Made by a program: the position numbers and the translations under genes. The notes below the pieces were generated by a model. The model was not told the origin of the DNA and searched no databases. It was given only the letters and a program-made list of their open reading frames with translations. This document shows positions 11,587 through 24,163 of a stretch of 64,000 nt of DNA, piece by piece. The stretch's first letter is position 1; each line of letters opens with the position of its first letter. Origin of the DNA: Trichoplax adhaerens (Eukaryota; Animalia; Placozoa); NCBI RefSeq assembly GCF_000150275.1, contig NW_002060945.1:693872-757871 (forward strand). Reading direction: 5' to 3'.

Positions 11587-11661
11587 CGTTGAAAAGGAGG
11601 CTTCCCATTGTAAGAAATTGCAATTTTAACAGCTTCTACTATGGAGAAAATGGAAGGGATC
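11532..11661. repeat. 55-bp inverted repeat with 20-nt spacer (MITE/fold-back-like)
   Basis: 11532-11586 versus the reverse complement of 11607-11661: 50/55 identical; spacer cgttgaaaaggaggcttccc. Confidence 0.9.
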
Positions 11662-11929
11662 TACAGTACTGTACACTGTACATCACCGTACTTTGTATTG
11701 TACTCTACTGTACTACATTGTAAAAAGTCAATGACATGAAGAGGAAAAATCTCTGTCTGTGTCTGTCAGTTAACAAGTCCATGATCAAGTCCATAGTTAA
11801 GTCAGTAGTGAACGGCATCGCAAACTGCTGACCTTCTGCTTTATTACGACTTACTTATGGTAATGTAAATGCATTTTTTTGCTGGATAGTAAGTACTCTC
11901 ATTGCTGCGAACGAAATACAGTATTGTCT

Positions 11930-14424
11930 ATGCAACCTCACCATCAACTCAGAATTGTCTGGATTTTTGGTACCATCAATGCTTATAATGCCCGTCGAAT
12001 CCATTTCATGATCTGGTTGTTCGTAAATAAGTTGTTGACATGCATGCACTGTAGCAGTGCTTTATTACTATACGCATTATTGTATGACTAGACAATGAGA
12101 TAGCGAATTTTAGGAAATTGTAAACTACTATTTCAATACAAAACCCTAGAAAGATCCCTAATTCGGAGGTCTTGCTTAAGATTACTGTAGTAACCAAATT
12201 AACTACAAAATTCCAATCCATTTAATACAAAGTAACAGAATTTATGTAACGTAGTATTGATATTTTCACGAGGATTTCATAGCATTGAATTCGTGCTAAG
12301 CTTAGCTATGATTTTACACTTGCAAAAAATTTCTGTTGCTTAGTGATCATAATTTGCATCAACAGGTTTTAAAAGACTACGATCTTACGGTTCCCGCTTA
12401 AAGTCAGCCTTAGCATTACAATATTACTCCAAAATGAAAAATAGTACTAGCGGAAAACGGGAAAGATGGCAGCAAATGAGAATATCATTCCGTCGTTATC
12501 TTGGATCGATGAGATGGTTTCACATTCCGGCAGCTGCAGGATTTGCCCTTGTTGGCTATCAACAATATCGTCATATCAGAGATAGAGAGAGACGAAAATT
12601 ACAAACTCAAACTCCAGAGGAATTAGTAATTCCTAGCTGGCAGGTACGTAGCATTTTCTCACGTCAAGTGACAAGAAAATTAAGTGTATCAATTATTATA
12701 AATAGGAATCAAGGGTGTGCACTGTGCAATAAAGTGTTTGTTAGTTGCTCTTTTACTTGGCAGTCTGCAGTGTTTGCGATTGTTTACCTTTCCTTTTGTA
12801 ATGACTCACATTACATATCCAAATTATATACAAGTTACCACCACATTCACCGTTATAAATAGGCTGCTTGGTGGAGCCCACAGCCTATAAATTGATTATG
12901 TGTTATATTATCTGTAAAATGAAATCCAGCGACTATCAAAGAGTTCGCTAATTACCAGTATGAGATAATATCGATCGTCATCAACACAAGATAAACGTAT
13001 AGGCCTTTTCTATTCTATTACACTGTACAGTATTATTAGCCATTGGAATGAACTGTAACTGTTGTGATTTAATTGCATACTTCACTCTGTACTAGGTTAC
13101 CTTGTTAAAGCAGTTACCCACCCGTTCATTATCTCGAGTTGCGGGAATGCTTACTGATATCACGCTACCAATTTGGTTGCGATGGGCAGCCTTTAGTGCA
13201 TACGCATGGGCTTTCAAATGTAACATGGAAGAAGCAGAAGTAGAGGATATTACTTGTTATGAAAGCTTTGGGAAATTCTTTACAAGGCATTTGAAAGACG
13301 GAGCAAGAGTAATCGACAAAGACCATGATCTTGTGAGTAAAATAGTGTACTAGAAAGTTATGATACTAGTATAAGCTATTTCAAAATTACATCCTTTTTT
13401 TCTACTCATTCATTCATTGAAATCATTCTACCTATTCTGGCGATTCCGCTCCGATTCAGCATAAATAACTTTATTATAACTGTACATATTACGTTAGCAT
13501 GTCTAACTTGTTCCTATTATTGCAATATGATATAGGTAAGTCCTGCCGATGGTCAAATCCTATGTTTTGGGGCAGTATGTGATGATAAAATTGAACAAGT
13601 TAAGGGGATCAACTATAGTTTGTCAACCTTTTTTGGTCCAGACTCAGAAATTGTAAAGTACTGTAGGAACAGCTCCGCAAATGGACATGTAAATAGTCCT
13701 ACTAAAAATGGTGCCTGTGTAGATAAATGTTTATATCATTGTGTCATTTATCTATCTCCGGGAGATTATCATCGCTTTCATTCTCCCACTGAATGGAAGA
13801 TCCAATACAGACGTCATTTTCCAGGTTAACGTTACAAAAATGTTACTTCCTTGATTTCATCTATTGTTCATTGAGTTACAGCGAGATAATACACAAAAGT
13901 CATTAGATTGAAATGATGATGGAATAATATGTATTAAAATTTTCTTCAGGTACGCTAATGTCAGTGTCCCCTCTTGCTTTGAAATTTGTACGAGGACTGT
14001 TTGCATATAACGAGAGAGTCAATCTTAGAGGTGAATGGAAGCATGGATTATTTTCGATGACTGCTGTTGGTGCCTATAATGTAGGCTCAATCAAGATAAA
14101 TTTCGATTCGGTAAATAAAGCATTCACAAATCTATAATACTATCTTATTTATAGTCTTAACAACAATTTATTTATTCATGAATGTTTTAGGATCTTGCAA
14201 CAAATTTGCCTGGTAGTTTTACGGAAGGCGTATTTAAGGATTTTCACTACGCTAAAAGTAGTGTCAGTAGTGTTGGAGTTGGCAGAGGTGAAAATATTGG
14301 AGAATTTAACTTTGGATCTACCATAGTTTTACTTTTTGAAGCTCCAACAGACTTTAATTTTACTGTGGACTTGGGCCAAAAGATCAAATACGGTCAAGCT
14401 ATAGGAACTAGTGGTCTTCAATAA
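11930..14424 (+). CDS. PISD: Phosphatidylserine decarboxylase proenzyme (mitochondrial type)
   Basis: Exons 11930-11969 (tentative), 12366-12643, 13096-13332, 13536-13824, 13950-14110, 14191-14424. Motifs [47 protein letters not shown], and [16 protein letters not shown] (G|S autocleavage/pyruvoyl site). Confidence 0.96.
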
Positions 14425-15837
14425 TCTCCAAACACTAAAGAAATGCAATGAATTTAAACAAGATATTTAACTATAAAATGATGATACTATAAAAATGCTG
14501 CAATGCTATATATTGTTAATACAGTGTATGGGATTTAGTCAAAATCAAGAGTTAATTTGAGTGGTGATACTATCACCAATTCTAATTATAAAAGGACCTG
14601 TATCTTTCTTATTAGCTATTTCTGCCACTTAAATGTAATGCTATTGTCGTGATATTTTTTAGAACGAGATGCGTTATTGAATGTCTTATTGTTAAATTTT
14701 AAAGGTTTATTGATTTATTATAAATATGACCCCACGTCTGCGACAATATTTTAGAAGAAATATATACAGACCGTTCCGAACGGTTTTGAAAATCGTTCTT
14801 TATCGGGGTGAACAATCGGTGCTATAAGTATGATGTGAAGAGTGATCGGTAGTCGCCATTAGCAACTGAGAAAATAATTAGAAATACCAAGATATACCAT
14901 ATCGGCGTATTCTACTCTCAATTGGGACCATATAACTAAAAAAGTACAATCTTTGTGATATTATGGGTAATACCATCAATGATCTATGAAAAGAAAATAT
15001 CGTCGTGATGGGCATTTTACGTTTTGACCGCCAGCTGATCCTTTCCATTGTATATGACTGATTTCTATTTTCTATTATTATCCTATTCGTGCACTGGCAT
15101 ACAGTATACTGTAATAGTTACTCAGCATTCGCTTGGTAATTTGTTTGGTTATTTTGCTATTTTATTGACGCATTGCTTGGTGGAAAAATGCACCCAAGAA
15201 AGCATTGATCATTGTGTAATTGATGTTAGTCTCTCATATTCTTTTCAGATGCGAGTCCATTTTTATAATTATTTTATTATTGCCATGCAGACGAATAGCA
15301 CAATCAACAGACGCACTCGTATACAGAATATAATGATGTTATCAAAACACTAGCTTTTGGACTTTTTAACTTAATTAAATACCTCACAACCCATGTATGC
15401 TATTAAGTTGGTCTACAAAGTGTCAATAAATTTGGTTTTAAAATCCTTTTTTGATAGTGAATGTAGTCGCTAACCACAGAGGTGAGGTTTCTTTTACTTC
15501 TTTTACCTCTACAGTATCGTAAACCAGGATCGTTGCTGTACGCATGCTCAGCATTTAGCGGGTAAATTCAAAAACGGTCAGTGGCAGTTTTTCACAGTTA
15601 TTCCTATAGTACATCTCATCTACCACGGTATTAATAGTATTCAGTACTGTACGCTTTGAGACTTCAGTAGCATAACAGTGTCTGTTAAGACAGCAATTTT
15701 GCCCCATCTTGGTGTTTCTTTGCCAGTCAGCCATCGACATTAGTCTTTGAAGAGTACAGTGAATTGTCAGAAATTGCGACTGCTTTCTTTGAATTTTTTT
15801 TGAACTATCCAGCCAATATCGGACGATAAAACTAGGA

Positions 15838-18800
15838 ATGGAAGTCAGTTCTAGCGGAATACATGCAGTAGCTGACCAAGCGAAAAGGTAAGAATCTTCT
15901 TTTAGTTAAGTTGTTGACAGACGCTTGTGATATTTCCACTTGTAAATTATTCTCGAATCGGTTGTCATGCCAGTGTGAAAATTGGATGAACGTGGATTAG
16001 AATAGTCAATGCAACATGATTTCAATAAATACTAGCACTTTTGTGGTATTAAGGAGAATAACCAGCTTTTGTAGTACCTTTTGCAAGCTTGATATTTGTA
16101 GCTCTAGCTATTCTATGCGTCAACGTGCAAGGAATGCATAGAACATTTCGAAAAGAATAGACAGTACTACCAAAGTGGGTATAATTAATTTAAATAACCC
16201 TGATATTGACGCCTACATTCTACGTTGTTACAAGTCACGGTCAAGATTGAAAGATTATAGTACTGCTAGTGTTTTTACATGAGCGTAACATCGACGACTT
16301 AAGCTATTTTATGCACCTTATCCTGTACACTAGGCTATAGTAGATTGTCATTTAGCTTTGATAGTGAGACAGTATTCTATCATGAACGAAGAAATACCCT
16401 TTGGACACATGCATGATACGCGGATCTAGCTGTAAGGCTATTCTACTGCAAACAGTAAAATGAAATACTCGTACTGCACATGACGAAAAATCAAGCAATT
16501 CCTACAGTCCTTGACAGCGATGACAGATTATAATGAATTATGAAACTACATTTTATGTATATGAAAGTATTCTACGACCTCCTAAAGAATAAAATGAGAA
16601 AATTTTTTTAAAATCCTTCACGTCAACAGTACAGTATACGAATTGTAGATTGCAGCGAGGATGACGCAAAATAAAATAATGATTTGTACCTAGACATGAA
16701 AGTAGTTTGGCTAAAATAATTTTACAAATCGTGAATTAATTATTATAAGAACTTTCAACCATTTGACGTATGTACTGTATATAATAGATTTTCCAGAGAC
16801 TTGTTCAACGATATTACCAATATAAAAGACACATTAGACAAAATTCATGCGCTTGAAGCAGAATCATGTACACAGGAAGAACTGCTATCGGCTGAGGTAA
16901 GCGTAAACGGTTACATATATAATGGATTTGAAAAATGTTTAAATCAATTCCCAAATGGCTATGTCGATCTCAACAGTAAGGAATATGACTACTTTGCATT
17001 TGATTGACAATAAGGATTCCATTAACGAACAGTTTCGTTCTACTAAAATTTTGTAATGGCTTAGCTTCCATAAAAATTACATTACTTAACGTCAAGATAG
17101 CGAAACACTCAGTTTAAAAAAAACGAGTAAAAGTCCAGCTACTAAATAATTGTAACGATTCTACACGTACTAACTGCAATCTATCTTTCTTTTTCACCTT
17201 TATAGGATCACTTAAAAAAGCTAAAGACTGCCTATATAACCAGTCATAGCAAGAAAGAATTATACGCTTTGCTAACCAATCCCAATCCATTACAGCTACT
17301 GAATGATATATCTGAAGATAGTGAAAACGGTAAAGATTTTAATGAATATACTGTAGTAAGCACCGCCAGACTATCTATAACTACTATGGAATAGATTTGC
17401 AGATACAGCCCAAGTAGTAAAAGAGTTTTTAAGGTCATAGTAGCCGAAAAAATTTTCTTATAAAGCGGGCGAACTGGTTCTCACATAATCTTCTCCACTA
17501 TGAAAGGAAGTAATGGTGGATGAAACGTATTATGACATTTTATCATATATAATAGGCTTAAATTAAAATACTCTATATCGTGATAAGACTATTTCACTAT
17601 TCGGCATGTTGTGTAAATAATTATTATACAAATAATTTTTTTAACTCTGGGAAAATGCCATTTCCAGTGATAGTACAAGAGCAAAATCAGTGTAAGGATT
17701 ACATACAAAAGTCTAAAGAAGAGGTAGAACAGAAGGAAAATCTAGCCAGCCAAGATATTTGTAATTATATCGAAGGTAAGGCGCAGGGTAAAGCATACAC
17801 CCAGAAACAATATCTTATCCGTATTACCATATTTAATATATGTAAGACTAATTGATCAAAAATGTATTACTATCTAGGCATTAAAATAACTTGTTCTTTA
17901 AAAAATATATTATTATTTATGTACTAAAACAACCTGTTCTTTAATCTATACCTTAAAATACGAATAGGCTTTGATCAACTCGTGGAATCACACAATCAAT
18001 TGAAAACTATTGTTAAAGAAGCACATGAAACAGTGAGTCAAAGGAATTCTTGATTTAGTTGTACTACTATTACCGTAGTTATGATTTGTGATTGTTCAAT
18101 AACGTCTAATGTATACTTAATGTGTAGTATCAACAACTTAAAGAACAAGAGGATCAGGAATCACTTGATTTTACCCAGACATGTATCGTACAGGTACTTA
18201 GTGATCGATTTATACGCTTAATAACTGGTAAATCTTCTATTTAAATTCACTGCTAGTCTTATTGTTATTAATAGGAAAAAGAACAATTGCGTCTTCAGTT
18301 GATGGAATTAAATAAGCAATGTGCCGAAACTCAGAATAAGAACAAGATCACTGAGGAAGAAATAGTTCAGCTAAAGAAACAACTACAAGACTTTACTGAA
18401 GATGAGAAGCAAACTAGCCGAAATCTTCACCAACTCGATAAGGTAGCAGTCTCCGCAGAACAAAATCTTGGAATGGCATCTCAGTCAGATCAATGGCTGT
18501 AAGCATCTTAAATACTGATCTTAATGCTATGATTAATCATTCGATCGTAGATCTGCAACAACTGACCTATTGCTCCTAACTACTTGTTCAATAAAACTAG
18601 GCATCAAATTTATACATCAGCATCAGATTGCAATAGGGTAGATTCAGTGTGGAAAGATGGTAGTCATTATTATTATACCATCTACGATGAAACACAAGAC
18701 CAACCTAACCTTAACCTAACTTTGGCGATAAGTTATATCAATTACGATACACAATCTACAATCACCAAAATGAAAATAACTGGAGCTCAGGTGATAAAAC

Positions 18801-19510
18801 CAACACGATACTAAAATTTGTTGGTAATTCAGCATATAGTTAACTTATATTATCTATCATTCTTTGATAGGTTGACATTCAAGACTTACCGATTGACGAT
18901 CTGGTTGAAGAAGCAGTTGAAAGAAATGATTTGATTATGTTGGTCAGCGATGTCAAGCGCCGATACTGTACCCGATTAACCTTCTTAAAAGAATTAAAAG
19001 ATCTACGATCCAGGTAATATGATTACTTGATGCTGTAATTTACACTGATAAATTTTATTATCTTCATGAAGGAAATACATGCTTTTTAAAACTGTGTATT
19101 GAAATTGCTGCTCATAGAACTATGTAAAACAATACTGCATGAACGGATTACCTATGTATAAACATGAAATCAGATAAATTAATTATGATCATGTTTGTAT
19201 AGATTTCCTGTGGACTATATCTCGTCGAAGCAGTTATTGCGGGTGATCATTGGTGCTTCTAGCAACATGATTTGTAATTTTCTTGTACCATGTACGTATC
19301 CGGCAGTTGGTCGAATTTCAATGACAACAATGGAAGGTCACACCAATCCGGAGATATTCTATCAGGCGAACGATGTTAGTTACTTTAGTTGCAATTTTAT
19401 CGTTATTACTTTCGGAAAGCTTGCTTCTTAATATATTAATTTCTTTGTAGATTTGCGGTACATTAACAGACTGGATTGCATTCTTAGAGCAGCAAGTACG
19501 AACACTGTAA
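15838..19510 (+). CDS. Coiled-coil + RWD-like protein, probable Zwint-1/Sos7/Kre28 kinetochore family
   Basis: About 11 phase-compatible exons (first 15838-15887, second 16788-16896, last 19451-19510). KKLKTAYITSHSKKELYALL resembles the Sos7 'KLRFSYxEQxTKExF' helix. A long coiled coil is followed by IDDLVEEAVERNDLIMLVSDVKRR and a ...FLVPCTYP... RWD-like segment. Confidence 0.55.
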
Positions 19511-21218
19511 TGAAATACTACCGTAATGTTTATAAAATTATGTTAGTAGGCAATTTGACAAGCTTAATTTTATTCTTTGTCACTATTTAAACAATATTTT
19601 AATTATAATACCTTAGCTTTGTTGACAAGCCTTATTCTGCTCTGATCTGTACACAATATGCTTCTTAATCAACCTTTATTCAAAGTTGATAAGGATGTAA
19701 TCACCCACCTCCATCTTGACGATTCTATAGAAACACTGCAATTAATAGAATACGTACAGAAGGTGAAAATTCTAAATTAACATATATATAGATTAATCCT
19801 AAGCTACTAATGCATTATAAAATTATTTTAACATTGTACTGTAAACCATACCAATACTGAAGATAAGTTTACTTAAACTTAATGTATCATGACTTTATGA
19901 TGAGATTTCTATCATTTGACTTAATGGAACAAAATTTAAAATAAATGCTAAAATCTTCTCTACGTGTGATTACTATGTTGTCCGTGGCAACTCCTCATAA
20001 GTGTGTATCTAAATTATTAGCAGATAGGTAAAGACAAGACTCAATCGTATAGTAATATAGTAGTATTTCTTAATCAACGATTTATCTCGTATTGACGGTA
20101 AAACTATTAACAGGTATCAAACTTTGTATCCGTATGAGTACATTTTCGCAAGCATCCTCATTTCATTAAGAAAGAATGCCAACTGGTTTTACTTTACTTT
20201 ATATCTTTACATCGCTACATTCATATTAAAAAATTAGTTAAGGTAGACGAAATGATTTTAATTTCATAACGTCCTTGGTAAATGCTCAATTTATTTAATA
20301 CAGTAATATGCACACTATGCCACCATATGCTAATCAAATGTACTACTGTACTTTATAATTGGATTTTAAACTCTTAATTCCAGGTAACCCACCAAAATAT
20401 CTACGTTATTATTAAATGAAAGGAACTATGAGTAAACCATTAAATCCTTGTGCACGAGTATATCATAGGAGAACTTGTAGGTCCTCTAGTTGTCCCAATA
20501 ACATTAGTAGAAATATTATACGCATAGTATAGTATGCACATTCTATATTATTAAAGGAAGCGACATAAATGGTCAACTTTTAATTATTTTCATAGGAAAA
20601 CATTATAAATTTCAGCTACATTGACAGAATAATTAATAGCTATTCAAGTATTGACGAAAAATATTCAGGATTGTAATTAATATCTATAATTTACATAAAG
20701 AAGGAATATTTGTTCATACTAGAATATCAAAAATGTGAAGTGTATATATGCGATAGAGTTAAGAGCCTACAATTGCTGAATAAGCAAGCCATCAAGAATA
20801 AAAAAACTCTATATTTAAGTTGATAATCAATTTTTTACTTAAAAGCCAATACAGTAAAATATCTAGATACCACTCAATTATCTATTACAAATGCAAGCGT
20901 TTGCATAAGACTGCTACAGCCAAAATTGATGCTTATACAAGAAATTTCTAAGTATTAAAATAGAGTCATTTCAGGAAAGATTTCAACAAGCTTTCAAGTA
21001 GAAATTTTAATATTATATATATATTTATAGATTATAATCGATGGTTTTCATGTTATTTATAACAAGTGTTAAATCATCGCCTATAAACACATGGCCAGTA
21101 AAATGGCCATATATCATATCTTTTGTTTAATAACAGGCAATAATTATAATTATCAATTAATACTAAAACAAAAATATAATCAACTAGAGGTAGGAAGGAT
21201 TAAGAAAATTATTTTTTG

Positions 21219-24163
21219 TTATTGGAGATTTATTTTATCCAGATAATCTAAACGGAAAAGTTGCACTCTCTGATTGTCTCGATCAGAGACATAAAGAACT
21301 CCCTGACTATCAAATGAGATGCCAGATGGTCGTTTAAAACAACCTTCAGCTGAGCCAGAACCACCAAAATGACATAAAACGCGTCCTTCTGGAGTTAATA
21401 CTTGAATTCTATCATTATTCGAATCTGCAATGACCAAATTACCTCTTTGATCAATGGCAATACCATGCGGTTCATGGAACTGTCCTGCTTCTTTACCGTA
21501 GCTGCCGAGTACTTTTTTTACTGTACCATGGGGATCAAATATCTTAATGCAATGATTGGCAGTATCGGTAACATGGATAAATCCTTCCTCAGAAGCTACA
21601 ACACCAATTGGTAGATCTAGCCGGCCATCATGGAAACCGATATCACGGATAAAGTCTCCATTGTACTGCAACATCTATTGATATAAAATAGGATACCAAT
21701 AATTAAGCTTCTGATGCTCGGATATTTTAAGATCGCTTAAATCATCCCATTAAAATAACTATATTTATCAAATAAATTTTACCTGAACTCTTTTATTACT
21801 TTCGTCAACCACTAGCAGCCTTTTATGTAAATAGGAAGAAATAGCTGCTGGTTGTGGCTTGTTTTCACTCCTGCCGCGTCTATGTAGCGCGATTAAACTG
21901 ATAAATGTACCAGTTTGCGTATATTTCCTTGCTTTATGATCGTCAATATTATGATAATTATACGTAACGACAACGAAACCATCTTGGGTTATAGTGATAC
22001 CTAAAAATAAATGAGGAAAGTTTAATTGTATTTTTTCTACTAAGAATTATAGTAATTTATCGTAGTAGTTAGTTCTAAGTTTAACTGCTTTCAAAGAAAG
22101 TGATTATAAGCGTTACAATGTCTGAAATAAATATCAGTTGCTAGTATTAGTGCACGAATATCAACGCTTAGAAATCTAAAATTTTTTTATAGCTGTCAGT
22201 CAGTATGCTACCTGAAATGGTATAAACGATGGCTTGTACGTTATTTTTAGCAATTATGATTACTTAATTGAAAAGTAAAGTTGGATTGTACCTTTAGGTT
22301 CAGCATTTCTTAATCTGATAGGATTGATTGAACTACCGGCATCTTTATCTTTGTTGATGATATGGACACAAGTATTTCCAGAATCTACTACATAAATGTA
22401 ATCGCTACTAGCAGCAACGGCAGTAGGACTGTGAAATTTCATCGGATCAGTAGGATCACCATTATCACTGATATATTTTATAAAGACTGGTGTAGGTCCA
22501 TCTTGAGTAGATTCCACAATTGGCTAGTGAAAATTGAAAAGAATAATTTAACTAAGATTAAAGATATCAATGTAAATTACAATAATTACACTACATAAAA
22601 TTATTAAGTACAAATCGTGGATAATAATTTAGCTCTATCAGCGTATTACTGAACTATCTTTGTTACTATCATACTTAAGCAGTAATCATAAATGCTATAG
22701 CTCAGTATCTGTGAACTTATTGTAAAATTTTAGCAATGGACTAACTAATATCGATTGTAGTTATAGAATCTAATATGAACTAAGACTGATACCGACATTA
22801 AAGTATACTAAAGGATCTACTGCACTGAAGAAGCTTGGAAATTGGTAAACGAGAATGATGCAAATTCACTAAGGTGATGCTGCCTAGCCATACTAAATAA
22901 CTGAACATTAATCTTAACGTGTATTTAATTTCATCTCAGACATATATAGTTTGTTTACCTGATTTTCACCTTCTTCTTCACAGGGACTAATCGTTAAGAT
23001 AATCTCGTCTTTTACTGTCATCGAATCTAGACTACTTTGTTTAATCAATTTGCTTCTTTTTAGCGATGATAAGGTAGCTGGAGTATCAATAATGTAACGA
23101 TTTTCTCCGTTGCTATAGCCAGATTTAGCTCTACCATTCATAAGTTGTTCATCTCCATAACCATTTAATTTAGTTTCACTAACTAATGTTGCTACAATCC
23201 TTTCCTTCGTAGCTAAATGAGCCTTACAGTCTTCTAATTGCCGCTGTAAACGATCAATTTGATCGCATAATGTAGTGATTGTATTCTCTTGTGCCATATT
23301 TGCAGTTTCAGCTCGTATTAATTCTTGTTGCATTGCAGAAATGATAGCATTTTTTTCAGCTACAATTTCATCCTGACGCTGTGGCAAGGTTTTATTGATG
23401 ATATCAGGTGAAACAGTAGAATCTGTAAAATAACATCATAAATTTTTAATAATACGATTGAAGCTAAATGCACATTAGTATAATTATTATATTAAAGTGC
23501 GTCCCTTTATCTAAATAAGGCTATCATTTCTACATTTTTACATCGTTGTAACTTACAAAAATCTTCCTGGTAGGCCTGCTGACTATTATTAGCGTAATTT
23601 CTAGTACCAATGTAGATCTTCATTGGCGATCCTGCACGTTGACAAGGCAAAGGTTGGCTCTTATCTTCAAGAGTATTCCTAACACGATAGTAGTTATTCG
23701 ATCGTGCTATACTGCTAAATTCTCGTTGTAATGGCTCTTGCGATTGATTCTTAGTAGATAATGCTTGTAAAATATCGTTGTTGCTTTCAGTTTTATGATT
23801 TCTGAATTGTTGAATAATTTGTTGGACATCAACCTCATTTTCATCCAGAATAGGGTTGTTAGTGTCTAGACTACGAATTCTTTTTTTGATATGTTTTGCC
23901 TCATAATTTTCGATAGCCTTGGTTAAATCAGGATTATTCAAATTTCTTATTAAACCTTTCAAGAATGATACATGTTGGACATCGATTAAACGACTGTTCC
24001 ATAGGATGCTCAAGAAGCCCATTGGATTACGAATTTTTCGTAATTCATCGTGTGGTACAAACGCTTTACATAGGGTAGTCAGTTTCTCAATATCATTATT
24101 ATTTAACTTTTCGGATAGTTCATCAAACAAGCTAATGAGATGAATCCTTGCTTGATTAGCCAT
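21219..24163 (-). CDS. Death effector domain - coiled coil - NHL-repeat beta-propeller protein
   Basis: Exons 24163-23557, 23422-22959, 22523-22292, 22000-21783, 21674-21219 with compatible phases. N-terminus LFDELSEKLNNNDIEKLTTLC..LIDVQHVSFLKGLIRNLNNPDL (DED). C-terminus has NHL repeats such as GQFHEPHGIAIDQRGNLVIADSNNDRIQV. Confidence 0.88.

Noticed and set aside
14290-14345. FGST instead of LGST at the PISD cleavage site
   Set aside because: Conservative variation at the residue before the invariant GS(T); catalytic motifs are intact.
21402-24143. Plus-strand ORFs 21402-21614, 22362-22598, 23919-24143
   Set aside because: Antisense shadows of the DED-NHL exons.
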